From a virus (Duplodnaviria > Caudoviricetes), in the IMG/VR virus record IMGVR_UViG_3300043570_000825, positions 1 to 42,039 of that record: 42,039 bases of DNA; one strand, 5' to 3'. Under the pieces are notes generated by a model that did not search any database, was not told the DNA's origin, and was given only the letters and a program-made list of their open reading frames with translations. The translations under genes were made by a program, and so were the position numbers. Each line of letters starts with the position of its first letter. The first letter of the stretch is position 1. This document shows positions 10,201-19,724 of the stretch, in pieces.

Positions 10201-13200
10201 TAATAACCATCCTTACCCGGAACTATTGTTGGTTTATTATATGTGTTAGGTCCACTTCCACTAATTGCTCCGTAGTATTTTGTTGTACCAGGAACAGGAC
10301 TATAAATTACCGCATCTCTACGAGAATTACTTGTTTGGTGAGAACCTATGTAATCAGTAAGTGGTGACCATTCACCTCTCATCACTATACCAGGTCCTAC
10401 ATTACCTTCATATTGAATTGAAAGTGATTGAGTTTTAAAGAAAGTTTCTCTACCTTCACATTGTATTTGATATACAATACTTGCAACCGAATCAGTTTCA
10501 GGATTTGTCCAACTAGTTATTGCCGGCATTGTTGCTGGTGTACCACTAACCCATTGCCCTGCGGTTAAGCCACCAGCTAATCCAATAACTCCAACAGGAG
10601 ATATTGAAGAAATACTAACTCTACATTTATCCTTTGATAATCCAGTTGTACCATATGCATCAGTATCAGTAGCTGGTAATGGGTTTGTATTTACTAATTC
10701 AGTACCACCTCTATAAACTCTTATTACGTTTGAAGTTGAACCAAAATCTAATTCACCAGACACTCTATAAACTGCTGATGAATTTTCATTTTCCATCTTT
10801 ATATCATATGGAGCAGGTGGTGTAAATTGTACTGATATTGATTGAGTTACAAATTGAGTCTGTCTCGCCAATGGCCTTACCAATGTATTTGTTGATGATG
10901 AATCTCCCTCAAAATCTACTCTATATACAATTTGTCCAGATGTATTTGTAGCTGGTGCAGTCCAACTAATTATATTTCCAATTTCAGCAGGATTCGATGA
11001 TGGAAACTTTGGTGGAGTTCCTCCAGTTAATCCAATCCAAGCAGATTTTGAAAATATAGATGCGGATGAATATCCCAACACACCAATAGGGTCATTATTA
11101 AAATCCAAATCATTTGGGTCATTTGGTAATGGTAAAGGATTTGCATTTATCAATTGTTGATTACCATTAAATGTGGTAATCTTCATACCAGTTCCTGCAA
11201 ATTGAGTTGTCCATAAATCTGCGGTTATAGAAGTACTTTCATTTGATGCTACTAACTTATATGCATCAGCCCCAGCCTTCATACCAGATATTGTTAATTG
11301 AGCTTCTGCTCTATATGGATTTAATGTTGGAGATGAATACGGATTACCATCAGTCAATTTAACTTTATATGTTTTTATTGTATCAGGACCAATATCGTTA
11401 TAGTTTACATCCGGTAGTGTAAATGTTACTGGATTTGTACCACTATCTCCCTGAAATATAACTTCTCCAGATTCAGAGCCATCAGGAGCAATATCAGATA
11501 TTGTAAGAAATACTCTGTCAGCAGATGATGTTGTATTAAATGCTGTTGCAGATAATATAATTGGTGATTGTGATGCCGCCGATACTCTACCATTCCTATC
11601 ATAGTTTACCGTATACGAAGATGCTTTAAAATCAATACTACGAGCTTTTGGCGGAGTTACATTTTTTGTAAATGTTTGTGTACGAGTAAAAATAGATGAA
11701 GTTGGTAAATGCCCAGCTCCCAATGCGTAAGGATATACTTGAATTGTATAAACTGCACTTGCTGAAACATATGGATAATCAAATCTATTATAATTGATTG
11801 TTCCAGTCAATCCAGATAAAGATGAAGATGCTAATGAACCAGTTCTTATATTCCAAATACTACCACCTCTTGTTTCAATTGAATTAATTGTGTATGTACC
11901 TTTTCTAGCATCAGCATTTGCAAAAGATTCAGTTGTTACTAATTTTAAAAAATCATCTCCCTCCTTTACTTGTATAGTAGTATTTGCTGCAGAATATCCA
12001 ACCGGAGTAATGTATCCAACTTCATCTGCTGTTAATGCTACTGATGTTGGTGAGACTACTATTTGAATTGGCGGCGCTCCTTCTAATATCTTTGTATAAT
12101 TTACAACTACACTTGCCGTATAAATTGATGATGTATAGTATGGATGAATTATTAATGGATATGTTATACTTCCACTTAATTGTGTAAAGTTTGAAGATTG
12201 GGATACAATTAAAGATGCGGTATATGGTACTCCAAATGATGATGTAAAATGTACGTTACCTGCTTTAATTTCCTTTTCAATTATAGATGCAGTTGCTATA
12301 TGGAACGTACCATGTGTATCCAAATTATTAGGAACACCAGCACTAGCACTAAAAGCAAGATACCTAGAACCTTGCTTTAATTTAATATCAGTAATGGATG
12401 GTGTATAATCATTAACTATACCTCTCGAATTTGCACCAAGTGTAATTGCTATTGGACTTACTTCAAATACAATACTTTCATCTCCTTGCTTACCTTCAGG
12501 TACAATTGTAAATGTTTTATCTAAACTAACAGATGCCGATGTCCAAGGTTCAGTATATGTAAATGTTAATGTTAAGTTTTTAGTTTGATTTACTGCAGTT
12601 CTTACATTTCCGTTTACTATTTGAGATGGTATTATATTTTTATTATCATCTTTTGCAACAACTGTTATTGTTGGATTTAAACTTTGTGTATGATAATACA
12701 TCCAATATTCAGGAACCCAATCTCTATTTATTGACATTGATGGATACACCTGAAACGATGCCGTAACTGCTTCTATATCAGATGCAGCCGTTCCTCTTTT
12801 TGCAAAAGATGCAGTTGCAAATCCAAATGCTGGTTTAAATTCTGATTCTGTTCTTGGATTTATTGTGAATGAATCTGCATTATATGTTACAATACCACTA
12901 TCCAATCCATCTTGCAAATCCTCTAATATAATAGATGCTACAACCGAACCAGATGTTTCATATGCAGGTCCAGATGCTGCGGAGCCTGATGATATTATGT
13001 ATATAGTTCTTCTAAAATCAATTGAATCACGATTAAAAGTTGCGTTATAATTTATCTCACCACTTCCCAACGAACCCGTAGTTAATCCGTATATATATTT
13101 GCTAGATGATGCATATTCTAAGTTTACAAACTTCTCAGCTCCATCAGCCGAACGTGATATAATATGAAGTTGTTTATCAGGCCAACCTTTTTCGGGTTTG

Positions 13201-15341
13201 GTTGTACTACTTAATTCAATATCGTTTACACCATCAATGCGAATGGCCTGAATTTCTAATGAAGCAGTACTACTATTTCGTATTTGAGTTCCTCTATAAG
13301 GTCTAATCAAATAATTAACTCCACCAAATCCATCCAATACTCTGGTGAATATTACACTATCGGTAAATCCTTCAACTTCTCCTGTAATTTTAACTAATTG
13401 TACAGTCTTGTCAAGTCTAGAACCCGTAAAGTTTCCAACTGTCATTGTTGGTGCATCTGATGTAATATCACTAAGTAAACCAGGATATCTTCTACCCGTA
13501 AAGGATGCGGTATAATTATCATAAAATAATTCATTACCATCAAAATCAAAAGATTGAGATGTATATGTTACCGAACCTGTTAATAAATTTTTAGTAACAG
13601 TAAACCCAACTACTGTTGGTGGTATTGGACTAGAACCAGAATCAAATTGAAATGATAATGACCTAGGATTAAATACAAGTCCTTTTCGTATTGTTTGTAA
13701 ATTACCCCCATTAAATGTTTTTGTTTCTTCAACTAAAACAGGAATATAATTGTTATTAATATCATAAAATTCAAAACGATATACAAAAGTTTCAACTGGT
13801 AATATTCTTGGTACTGATTGTATAAATGTAATTTCATCAGGAGAAAATGCTGTTTCTTGAGATGCCTTTAAACTAACTTCGGATATATGCCAATCGTTTC
13901 CGTTTACATCAAAATATAATCTAGCATTATCTATTTGTTCAGCTTTTATATTTTCAGTAATAATTTGTTTTTCAAGTAAAGCGTTTTGAGTATTTATTGT
14001 TACTATATTTTGTTTAACTTGAAGTGTAGTTGGAGAACCATTTACAGTTGTTTGCTTAGAACCACTTAAATACGCTTCAATAAAATTATTAGTATTACCC
14101 AAAGTTTGCTTTCTAACATTAAAATTTAAAGTATATTCAATACCTTCACTTATACTTAATGATTTTGTTGTAAAGAATTTTTGAGTTCCAACAGTACTAT
14201 TTAATTTTATAGAATCAAATAAAAACGTTTGGTTAAATGAAGTTATTAAATTATTTGATGATGTTACCCAATATTCTTTATAATTGTTAGTATCAAATAA
14301 ACCATAATTTTCTTGATTTTTTGTAGTAGATTCTAAATCAACTAAAAGTTCATTTGATTCTAATTGTATTTCTTGAACAAATTGAAAATCAGATAAATCT
14401 GTTGTTGATTTTCTAAATATTTTAACTCTAGCACAATCACCAACAAAAGTAGTTAAATCGGATAATGTTATTTTTGCAAAAGAACCAGTCAATGCTGTTT
14501 TTAAATTATCAACTCCTTCGGTGTAATTAAATGTAGCTGTATATGGTTCGGATTCTATATTTGCAACCAACCCGTTTTCAGTATATGGTGGTTGTACTAA
14601 TATTTCTCTTGAATTAACTATTTGAGTAACTAATGGTGAATAATTTATTCCAGGAATATTCAAAAATGTTCCAACTACAGACCCTGTCCAAAATGAATTA
14701 CCAACAGTTTCTAAAATATATGTAGTTGGTGATGTATAATTTGATAGCAAAGTACCAGCCACTGGATTTTGTGCAGTACCCGTTATAATTCCACTTTGCG
14801 TTTTTGGGGCAACTACATTTGAAAATATTGGTTTAACTATTTCGGTGATACTAACTTCAGGTCTACGATAAAATCTTACCTTATCTTCATTTGCAAGTAA
14901 TCTATTAATTTTAAATTCTCTTTCCCACTTAACATTATATATACCAGCCCATTCATCAGGAATTGGTTGTACTATACCATCAGTATCTATATAAGTTTTT
15001 AATTCACCTAATACAGTAATTTTTGCGTTACCAATTGGCGTATCTTCGTATATGTAAACAGCAATAACTTTTGATAATCCCTCATAATATTCAGGCACAC
15101 CATTACCAGGCTCAAAATAAATTGGATTACCATCCACATCCAATATTTCTATTTTTATATCAGTACTTTCTTTTAAATGTTCAGAACCTTCAATTAGAAA
15201 TCCGTTTTTACCACCAGTAAAAGATTCTTTAAATTCGGTAATTCTAAAATACTGCGAATTTGGATTAGAATCTAAAACAAATGTTTGATATATTGATAGT
15301 GGTTGTGTTAAATTATCTGCGAATTTTTTTATTCTTGCCAT
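7233..15341 (-). CDS. Giant tail fibre/tail protein (2702 aa) with C-terminal intramolecular chaperone (peptidase S74)
   Basis: C-terminal TSD...K...GLDFINRLQPVSYKF...HGLVAQ...GLRYEEFMAPMIKAIQEL is the S74 signature; S/T/G-rich beta composition; three RGxW...Y...DxV modules; short Gly-X-Y stretch. Confidence 0.85.
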   Translation of the reverse strand: MARIKKFADNLTQPLSIYQTFVLDSNPNSQYFRITEFKESFTGGKNGFLIEGSEHLKESTDIKIEILDVDGNPIYFEPGNGVPEYYEGLSKVIAVYIYEDTPIGNAKITVLGELKTYIDTDGIVQPIPDEWAGIYNVKWEREFKINRLLANEDKVRFYRRPEVSITEIVKPIFSNVVAPKTQSGIITGTAQNPVAGTLLSNYTSPTTYILETVGNSFWTGSVVGTFLNIPGINYSPLVTQIVNSREILVQPPYTENGLVANIESEPYTATFNYTEGVDNLKTALTGSFAKITLSDLTTFVGDCARVKIFRKSTTDLSDFQFVQEIQLESNELLVDLESTTKNQENYGLFDTNNYKEYWVTSSNNLITSFNQTFLFDSIKLNSTVGTQKFFTTKSLSISEGIEYTLNFNVRKQTLGNTNNFIEAYLSGSKQTTVNGSPTTLQVKQNIVTINTQNALLEKQIITENIKAEQIDNARLYFDVNGNDWHISEVSLKASQETAFSPDEITFIQSVPRILPVETFVYRFEFYDINNNYIPVLVEETKTFNGGNLQTIRKGLVFNPRSLSFQFDSGSSPIPPTVVGFTVTKNLLTGSVTYTSQSFDFDGNELFYDNYTASFTGRRYPGLLSDITSDAPTMTVGNFTGSRLDKTVQLVKITGEVEGFTDSVIFTRVLDGFGGVNYLIRPYRGTQIRNSSTASLEIQAIRIDGVNDIELSSTTKPEKGWPDKQLHIISRSADGAEKFVNLEYASSSKYIYGLTTGSLGSGEINYNATFNRDSIDFRRTIYIISSGSAASGPAYETSGSVVASIILEDLQDGLDSGIVTYNADSFTINPRTESEFKPAFGFATASFAKRGTAASDIEAVTASFQVYPSMSINRDWVPEYWMYYHTQSLNPTITVVAKDDNKNIIPSQIVNGNVRTAVNQTKNLTLTFTYTEPWTSASVSLDKTFTIVPEGKQGDESIVFEVSPIAITLGANSRGIVNDYTPSITDIKLKQGSRYLAFSASAGVPNNLDTHGTFHIATASIIEKEIKAGNVHFTSSFGVPYTASLIVSQSSNFTQLSGSITYPLIIHPYYTSSIYTASVVVNYTKILEGAPPIQIVVSPTSVALTADEVGYITPVGYSAANTTIQVKEGDDFLKLVTTESFANADARKGTYTINSIETRGGSIWNIRTGSLASSSLSGLTGTINYNRFDYPYVSASAVYTIQVYPYALGAGHLPTSSIFTRTQTFTKNVTPPKARSIDFKASSYTVNYDRNGRVSAASQSPIILSATAFNTTSSADRVFLTISDIAPDGSESGEVIFQGDSGTNPVTFTLPDVNYNDIGPDTIKTYKVKLTDGNPYSSPTLNPYRAEAQLTISGMKAGADAYKLVASNESTSITADLWTTQFAGTGMKITTFNGNQQLINANPLPLPNDPNDLDFNNDPIGVLGYSSASIFSKSAWIGLTGGTPPKFPSSNPAEIGNIISWTAPATNTSGQIVYRVDFEGDSSSTNTLVRPLARQTQFVTQSISVQFTPPAPYDIKMENENSSAVYRVSGELDFGSTSNVIRVYRGGTELVNTNPLPATDTDAYGTTGLSKDKCRVSISSISPVGVIGLAGGLTAGQWVSGTPATMPAITSWTNPETDSVASIVYQIQCEGRETFFKTQSLSIQYEGNVGPGIVMRGEWSPLTDYIGSHQTSNSRRDAVIYSPVPGTTKYYGAISGSGPNTYNKPTIVPGKDGYYVGASPAAGYNLINYKAPTPDSNNEYWEFLGSEQFFVAAKLAIFEESYVKNTINVGTKDGTSGFANIVLAGGRPDPYIAIGQNSTIGTSGTSGTSNTGSGIIGYDRPGIFLGIYENGSFGTTGRFSIKTTGTSGKGMFWDGDSLTIVGSIRQVEPGVSEGSLRGAWTSGFTYYTNDIVSYGGQSWRCTSAQAQSYQHIATNDTAALTGYPGSGPWAIAAAAGTSGTAGTAGSGGANGAAGAAGPGVVYRGPWTGSLQYFKTTDRTDVVRGSDNQYYIAKVTHTPNVVNAPIGTATRPIDGASYSTYWQSFGATFSSVATGLLLAENATVTKGLVIGQEGSDVGFIRSAGAQSIGGGNGFYMDALGNMRFGADTSTEGNYVYWNNTLGTLDINGTITADSGEIGGFTIANNKLIASGALLRFDTQAPSIEFYTNATGSAKVVLNPKATLTDPSGQIIYISGSQYDGTDGNRTSTSGTTNTTNVITEVYSGSFGISANSTYSGATLAFSEAGNTNFIVYIPETSLTISTTSPSAASDYPPDPPQYGYETYQSEYAAPGNASAQWYVQMYNSTGTTFISEVAINGASTYRSGTSSNSYYTAVVSYSGFPYYTESYYWNYSSYSSTAYYQGNIPFGSKAGQLIIPAPGIYQFRLVLKVTAVSAAIYNYVGGGNTYYTTTGTSNHTTTGDITFQFSPNVNKTEITNGGIQVLSNQNAYVRFNRIEPSAYGGGSAVAEFVGGAINVSAFGGYPTSLSNTGIYMNGGLVSNGKTNYLGDYYFDGTGTQESLRLGGRSTATAADQTYITSYSNFLPASDNYWTIGKSGQKWKQIWSNTGTIQTSDANQKLEIEQSQLGLDFINRLQPVSYKFISGSAITEKIEDYIKTIKEPAIMDSDGVVVKEEVIEYIKNEQIPNVTWTPGIRKHHGLVAQHVKTILDDMGLSTNDFAGYIEGDLENHSDLGLRYEEFMAPMIKAIQELSSKVNRLEAEISSSKI

Positions 15342-15362
15342 ATATGATTCCTGTTAATTACT

Positions 15363-15388
15363 AATAAATATTGAGTTTAATATTTATA
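15363..15388. promoter_or_regulatory. Back-to-back candidate promoters: ATATTTATT (-, tail fibre) and ATATTTATA (+, RHH)
   Basis: ATAAATATT-gagttt-AATATTTAT is a perfect 9-bp inverted repeat between the two divergent genes. Confidence 0.65.
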
Positions 15389-15392
15389 ATTA

Positions 15393-15429
15393 CTAAAAAC
15401 TAAAGAAAACTAAAGAAATCTAAATAAAC
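15393..15429 (+). repeat. Phased 10-bp direct repeats CTAAAGAAAA / CTAAAGAAAT / CTAAATAAAC plus a partial copy; candidate operator
   Basis: Copies at 15400, 15410 and 15420, partial at 15393, between the plus-strand motif and the RHH start codon. Confidence 0.55.
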
Positions 15430-15432
15430 GTT

Positions 15433-15606
15433 ATGAAAAAATACGCAATGATACAAATAGATGCTGAAATACATCAAGCATTAAAGGAGTTTTGTAAAGA
15501 GAAAGGATATAAGATAAATGGGTTGGTAGAAACCCTTATAAAAGAAAAGGTGCAGTCTTTAAACAAGACCACACCTAAAAATGTATTACCAGTGATTAAA
15601 AGTTAA
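15433..15606 (+). CDS. Ribbon-helix-helix (CopG/Arc/MetJ-like) DNA-binding protein, 57 aa; absent from the ORF track
   Basis: Hand translation MKKYAMIQIDAEIHQALKEFCKEKGYKINGLVETLIKEKVQSLNKTTPKNVLPVIKS*: alternating beta strand, helix, Gly turn, helix. It fills an otherwise empty gap and has its own ATATTTATA motif on the plus strand. Confidence 0.8.
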   Translation: MKKYAMIQIDAEIHQALKEFCKEKGYKINGLVETLIKEKVQSLNKTTPKNVLPVIKS

Positions 15607-18600
15607 TCTTACTAAATCCATCTACCTTTTTAATTTCAATAAGTCCATCCACAATATCTCTCATTTGTTCTAAATGAGAAATTACCCATATAAAATCAAA
15701 TTGGGTTTTTAAATATTGCATCATCATAAAGAGCGATGATAGGTTATCTGCATCTAATGTACCAAACCCTTCATCTATTACTAAGAAGTTAGGTCTAGGC
15801 AGGTTGCATATGTTAATTAGAGCCACTCTAATCGCTAATCCACTAATGAACTTCTCCATACCACTACACATCTCTAAAGCCCATTCCTGGTCTTCGTAAA
15901 CGATTCTAGCGTTAATATTCTTTCCATCAGTATCCATTGATATTGAGAAGTCTACCACTTGTCCTAATATGTTGTTCACTTCGTTTTCAATTGCTGGAAG
16001 TGCTTTGGATATTAGTTCATAAGGTACTCCATCTTTCTTAACTGCATCTAAGTAGAATGTATATAATTGGTTTTTAGTTTCCAATTCTTTTACTTCTTCC
16101 ATCTTAGCTACCATATTGTCAATGTAAGTTTTTGTTGCACCTACTTCTGACATTAATTTCAACATAAGTTTGTTCACATCGGATATTTGTTTTTCAACAC
16201 CTTGCTTCAATCTACGAACATTTTGAATTTGAATATCCAATGCTTGATTCTTTGTAATCGTTTCTACATTATCATTATATCGTTTAATATCTGCATTTAC
16301 AGTTTCGTTTTGAGTTTGTAATAATTCAATCTTAGTATCGCAAGTTTTAATATCAGTATCCAAACGGTCTGTTACTACTATTAATCTTTTGTGTTCATCA
16401 GTCCATTGTTTCCATTGTTTGAATTGGTCTTCAACTCCAGCCAATTCACCTAATTGAGTTATAAGAGCACCATGTAAAATATTTAGGGTTTCTAATTGAT
16501 TACCTTGTTGTTCTAATTTTGTTTCCGTTTCCTTTGCATCCTTTACGAATACATTGTTCATACAAAAATTACAATTAGGGTCATACTCATGCTCTGCTAA
16601 GTGTGATAACTTCTCTTTGTTATGTTCAATAGCACTTTCTAATAATTCAATCTGATGTAAGGTATCTCTAATTTGTCCTTTAACTAAATTCAATTGTATT
16701 TGTGCTTCACCAATATCAGTTCCGTTTATAGTAACTTTAGAATCAACCATTTCTTTGGCTTCTCTAACTAACTCTTTGGATTCCGTATGTTTTATTGTTT
16801 TATCGAATTTATCATCACCCCAAGTCTTCAAATCATCAACAATCTTTTGTGCTTTTGCGTTTAGAGAATTAATATCTAAGTTACCTTGAATTGGAACGAT
16901 TTGTTGAGATAGATTTACAATTTGTTCCTCTAAATCACTCTTACGATTTTCTAATTCTAACTTCTCTGCATCCAAACTATCATACTCCTCTCTCTTTGAA
17001 TTCAAGTCGTTTTCTTTTTGGGCTAATTCCGAAGTGAAGTCGGTCTTTCTGAAATTTCTGATAAGTGCATTCACATCTTTGATATCGTTGGTAGCAGTAT
17101 CATACAGCTTATCAAATATATCAAGTCCCATAAACTGAGCCATCAAGTCTTTCCTTTCGGATTGTGATTTATCAATGAATAGGGCGTTGTTAGATTGTAA
17201 GGAAAGTGCAGTCATAATGAAATCCTCATATCTTCCCACATAGGTTTCAATGACTTGGTTTGTATCCCTACGTTCCGTTCCGTTAAGTGATTCTCTACCA
17301 CTATCTCCCTCTCTCCAAAAGTCCACATCTACTTTTACGTTCTTTCCCTTATTGATTGTTCTTCCCTCTCTACGAATACCATATATAACTCCATCTACGG
17401 AGAATTCTAATTGGCAATGGAAATCAGATTTACGATTGTTCATAATAGCAGATGCTTTGTAAGCCCTACTACACTTATCAAAAAGGCAGAATGAAATTGC
17501 ATCAAATAGAGATGATTTACCCTGTGCATTTGGTGCGAATAATCCCATCAGTCCGTTTACCTTATCGAAGTTGATTACATTCCTCTCTCCGTATGAGAAC
17601 ATATTACTGAAATCAAACTTTATTGGTTTCCAGCTTATGTTTCTTTGTAGTTCTGATGGTTGGATTCTACTATTAATGTCACGATTTATTTTCTCAATGC
17701 CAGCTAAGTCCTCCTTTGTCACAAATGGCATCATACGTTCAATATACTCACCTATTAAAGAGTTTTGATGGTTTATATCAGCTATGCTGTCTACTTCCAA
17801 CCTTGCTTCTCTATCGTTGGTTTTCTTCTTATTGAATGTATCCGTTCTAATGATTGTAAAGTCCTCCACACCATACTTTGCCGTAATATCAGCCATCATT
17901 CTCTTAGTATCTGCGGTATCCGTATTAGTTATCCTCACTCTTAAACGAGGGTATAACGGCATATCAGTTACATCCGGCACAATACCACCATCAACATCTA
18001 AAGTGTAATAACCATAATCGTTTTGGATATCAACTTCTTCATAAGTCATTGTATCTAAATCCCAAACTAAGAATCCGTGCTTGTCTAATGTTTCACCGAA
18101 GTTTTGTTGTACCAAAGAACCAGCATATACCACCTTACAACCTGATGGTGATATCATCTCTTGTCTTTTGTGTATATCTCCTAATAGAGCTAAATCATAT
18201 CCATTAAATATTTCAGTTGTAAAGTGTCTACTACTAACCACATACCCTACATCGGTTGTAGAGTTATCAACAGGTCCGTGAAATAGTGCAATCTTCTTAT
18301 TACCAAATAGAGTGTTTGCTTTAGGCCAATTATCTTTGTTATCAAATATACTGAATACTGCAAAATCAACATCACCTATTCCGTAAACTTGCGTATCTTT
18401 TAAATAAGTTAAGTTTGGTAATTTTAATGCATCAACTATTGGAGTAAGTACATCCATTCTGTCCGAGTTGTTCATATTACAATCGTGATTACCAGCGATT
18501 ACAATAGTAGGACATAGTTTATTACATTCCGTAAACAACCAGCTAATTTCACTAACTAATTCAGGACTCATTTCCAATTTAGCATGAGCGATATCACCAG

Positions 18601-18739
18601 CTAAGTAGATAATGGAATCTTCCGTTCCTCTTTTTTGTATTTCCTCAAACATTGAGTAAAATACTTCTCTAAACTCTTTGTGTCTTTTTATATTACGAAT
18701 GTGTATATCCGCAATGTGATAAATTCTCTTTAACCTCAT
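15596..18739 (-). CDS. Single-chain Mre11-Rad50 (SbcD-SbcC; T4 gp47-gp46-like) nuclease-ATPase fusion
   Basis: Metallophosphoesterase motifs ADIH, AGD, GNHD, FHG, GDIH; then Walker A (NAQGKSS), coiled coil with CNFC zinc hook, signature CSGME, Walker B VIDEGFG and H-loop ISH. Confidence 0.92.
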   Translation of the reverse strand: MRLKRIYHIADIHIRNIKRHKEFREVFYSMFEEIQKRGTEDSIIYLAGDIAHAKLEMSPELVSEISWLFTECNKLCPTIVIAGNHDCNMNNSDRMDVLTPIVDALKLPNLTYLKDTQVYGIGDVDFAVFSIFDNKDNWPKANTLFGNKKIALFHGPVDNSTTDVGYVVSSRHFTTEIFNGYDLALLGDIHKRQEMISPSGCKVVYAGSLVQQNFGETLDKHGFLVWDLDTMTYEEVDIQNDYGYYTLDVDGGIVPDVTDMPLYPRLRVRITNTDTADTKRMMADITAKYGVEDFTIIRTDTFNKKKTNDREARLEVDSIADINHQNSLIGEYIERMMPFVTKEDLAGIEKINRDINSRIQPSELQRNISWKPIKFDFSNMFSYGERNVINFDKVNGLMGLFAPNAQGKSSLFDAISFCLFDKCSRAYKASAIMNNRKSDFHCQLEFSVDGVIYGIRREGRTINKGKNVKVDVDFWREGDSGRESLNGTERRDTNQVIETYVGRYEDFIMTALSLQSNNALFIDKSQSERKDLMAQFMGLDIFDKLYDTATNDIKDVNALIRNFRKTDFTSELAQKENDLNSKREEYDSLDAEKLELENRKSDLEEQIVNLSQQIVPIQGNLDINSLNAKAQKIVDDLKTWGDDKFDKTIKHTESKELVREAKEMVDSKVTINGTDIGEAQIQLNLVKGQIRDTLHQIELLESAIEHNKEKLSHLAEHEYDPNCNFCMNNVFVKDAKETETKLEQQGNQLETLNILHGALITQLGELAGVEDQFKQWKQWTDEHKRLIVVTDRLDTDIKTCDTKIELLQTQNETVNADIKRYNDNVETITKNQALDIQIQNVRRLKQGVEKQISDVNKLMLKLMSEVGATKTYIDNMVAKMEEVKELETKNQLYTFYLDAVKKDGVPYELISKALPAIENEVNNILGQVVDFSISMDTDGKNINARIVYEDQEWALEMCSGMEKFISGLAIRVALINICNLPRPNFLVIDEGFGTLDADNLSSLFMMMQYLKTQFDFIWVISHLEQMRDIVDGLIEIKKVDGFSKINF

Positions 18740-19674
18740 ATATTATTTAGTTTGGATAGAACTAAGTCATCCCATCCAGTTTGTTTTGCTCCCTTTAGGA
18801 GTTCGTTTACTTTTTTAAATCCCATTTCACCAGCATCCTTATCGGTTGGTATAATATTACGAACCTTAATTCCGTTCTTTAAAAAATAATCAGTATGTTT
18901 AGTTGAATCTGCAATAGCATCTGAATCTAACATAATAGTTACTTCTTTAACTCCTTTCTCTATAATCTTATTCTTTAATTTGCTCAATAAAAACTTACCA
19001 AGCAAAGGAATACAATTTCTCTTAATTGAGAATGAATCAAATACACCCTCACATAAAGTAATGGGTTCATTCCAATTGATTTGATTATCAAATACAATTA
19101 CATCTCTATTAACAGGCGGATTCTTATACTTCATTCGTTCTTCTTTGTAATATGAACGAGCTACAAAGTAATTCAAGTCACCATTCTCATCATACGATGG
19201 AACAATAACTCTACCAAAGTATAATCCTTCCGAACAATACCCAATATTGTATTTAACGATATCAGCTTGTGTAATACCTCTTTCTTTTAAGTAATTAATT
19301 GCTTGATTGTATTCAGGGTTGAATCCTTTTGGTTTGAAGTGTAATTGTTTGAATTCAGATGGTAATTGTAACTTAGCTACATACTCATCTTTCTCAACCA
19401 ATGTATAATCATCCTCACCATAGATATCTTTCAATCTATTAAGGTCTCTTATATCTACATTGAGTTTGCGAAGGAGTGATTGGATACTTCTACCCTTAGA
19501 ATCACACACCCAACAATGCCATCTTTGTGTATCTAAATTTACTTGAAGTTTCTTTTTGTGGTGATTGCAAAATGGACAATGATGTGCCTGCTCATTTCCC
19601 TTAAGAGATGAACCTACACCTAATGCGGTGTCCAAAATGTTAATGACCGTTAGTTTGTTCTTCCCAGATAGCAT
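18736..19674 (-). CDS. DnaG-type phage DNA primase (Zn finger plus TOPRIM)
   Basis: CPFC...CWVC zinc finger, YLKERGI, GRVIVP, KYKN, CEGVFD, DSD and KDAGE motifs; ATGA overlap with the Mre11-Rad50 gene. Confidence 0.88.
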   Translation of the reverse strand: MLSGKNKLTVINILDTALGVGSSLKGNEQAHHCPFCNHHKKKLQVNLDTQRWHCWVCDSKGRSIQSLLRKLNVDIRDLNRLKDIYGEDDYTLVEKDEYVAKLQLPSEFKQLHFKPKGFNPEYNQAINYLKERGITQADIVKYNIGYCSEGLYFGRVIVPSYDENGDLNYFVARSYYKEERMKYKNPPVNRDVIVFDNQINWNEPITLCEGVFDSFSIKRNCIPLLGKFLLSKLKNKIIEKGVKEVTIMLDSDAIADSTKHTDYFLKNGIKVRNIIPTDKDAGEMGFKKVNELLKGAKQTGWDDLVLSKLNNI

Positions 19675-19692
19675 TAATTAGATATTATATCA

Positions 19693-19724
19693 CAAATATA
19701 CGAAAAATTTGGGATATAACCAAA
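19693..19724 (-). promoter_or_regulatory. Bacteroidota sigma-A-type promoter upstream of primase and Mre11-Rad50
   Basis: Minus strand TTTG-N20-TATATTTG, 18 nt upstream of the primase ATG; same elements and spacing as 6874..6905. Confidence 0.8.

Noticed and set aside
15596-19674. Inteins in primase or Mre11-Rad50
   Set aside because: No Hint-type start or HN-C/S/T end motifs or LAGLIDADG blocks seen; lengths are accounted for by the host domains.
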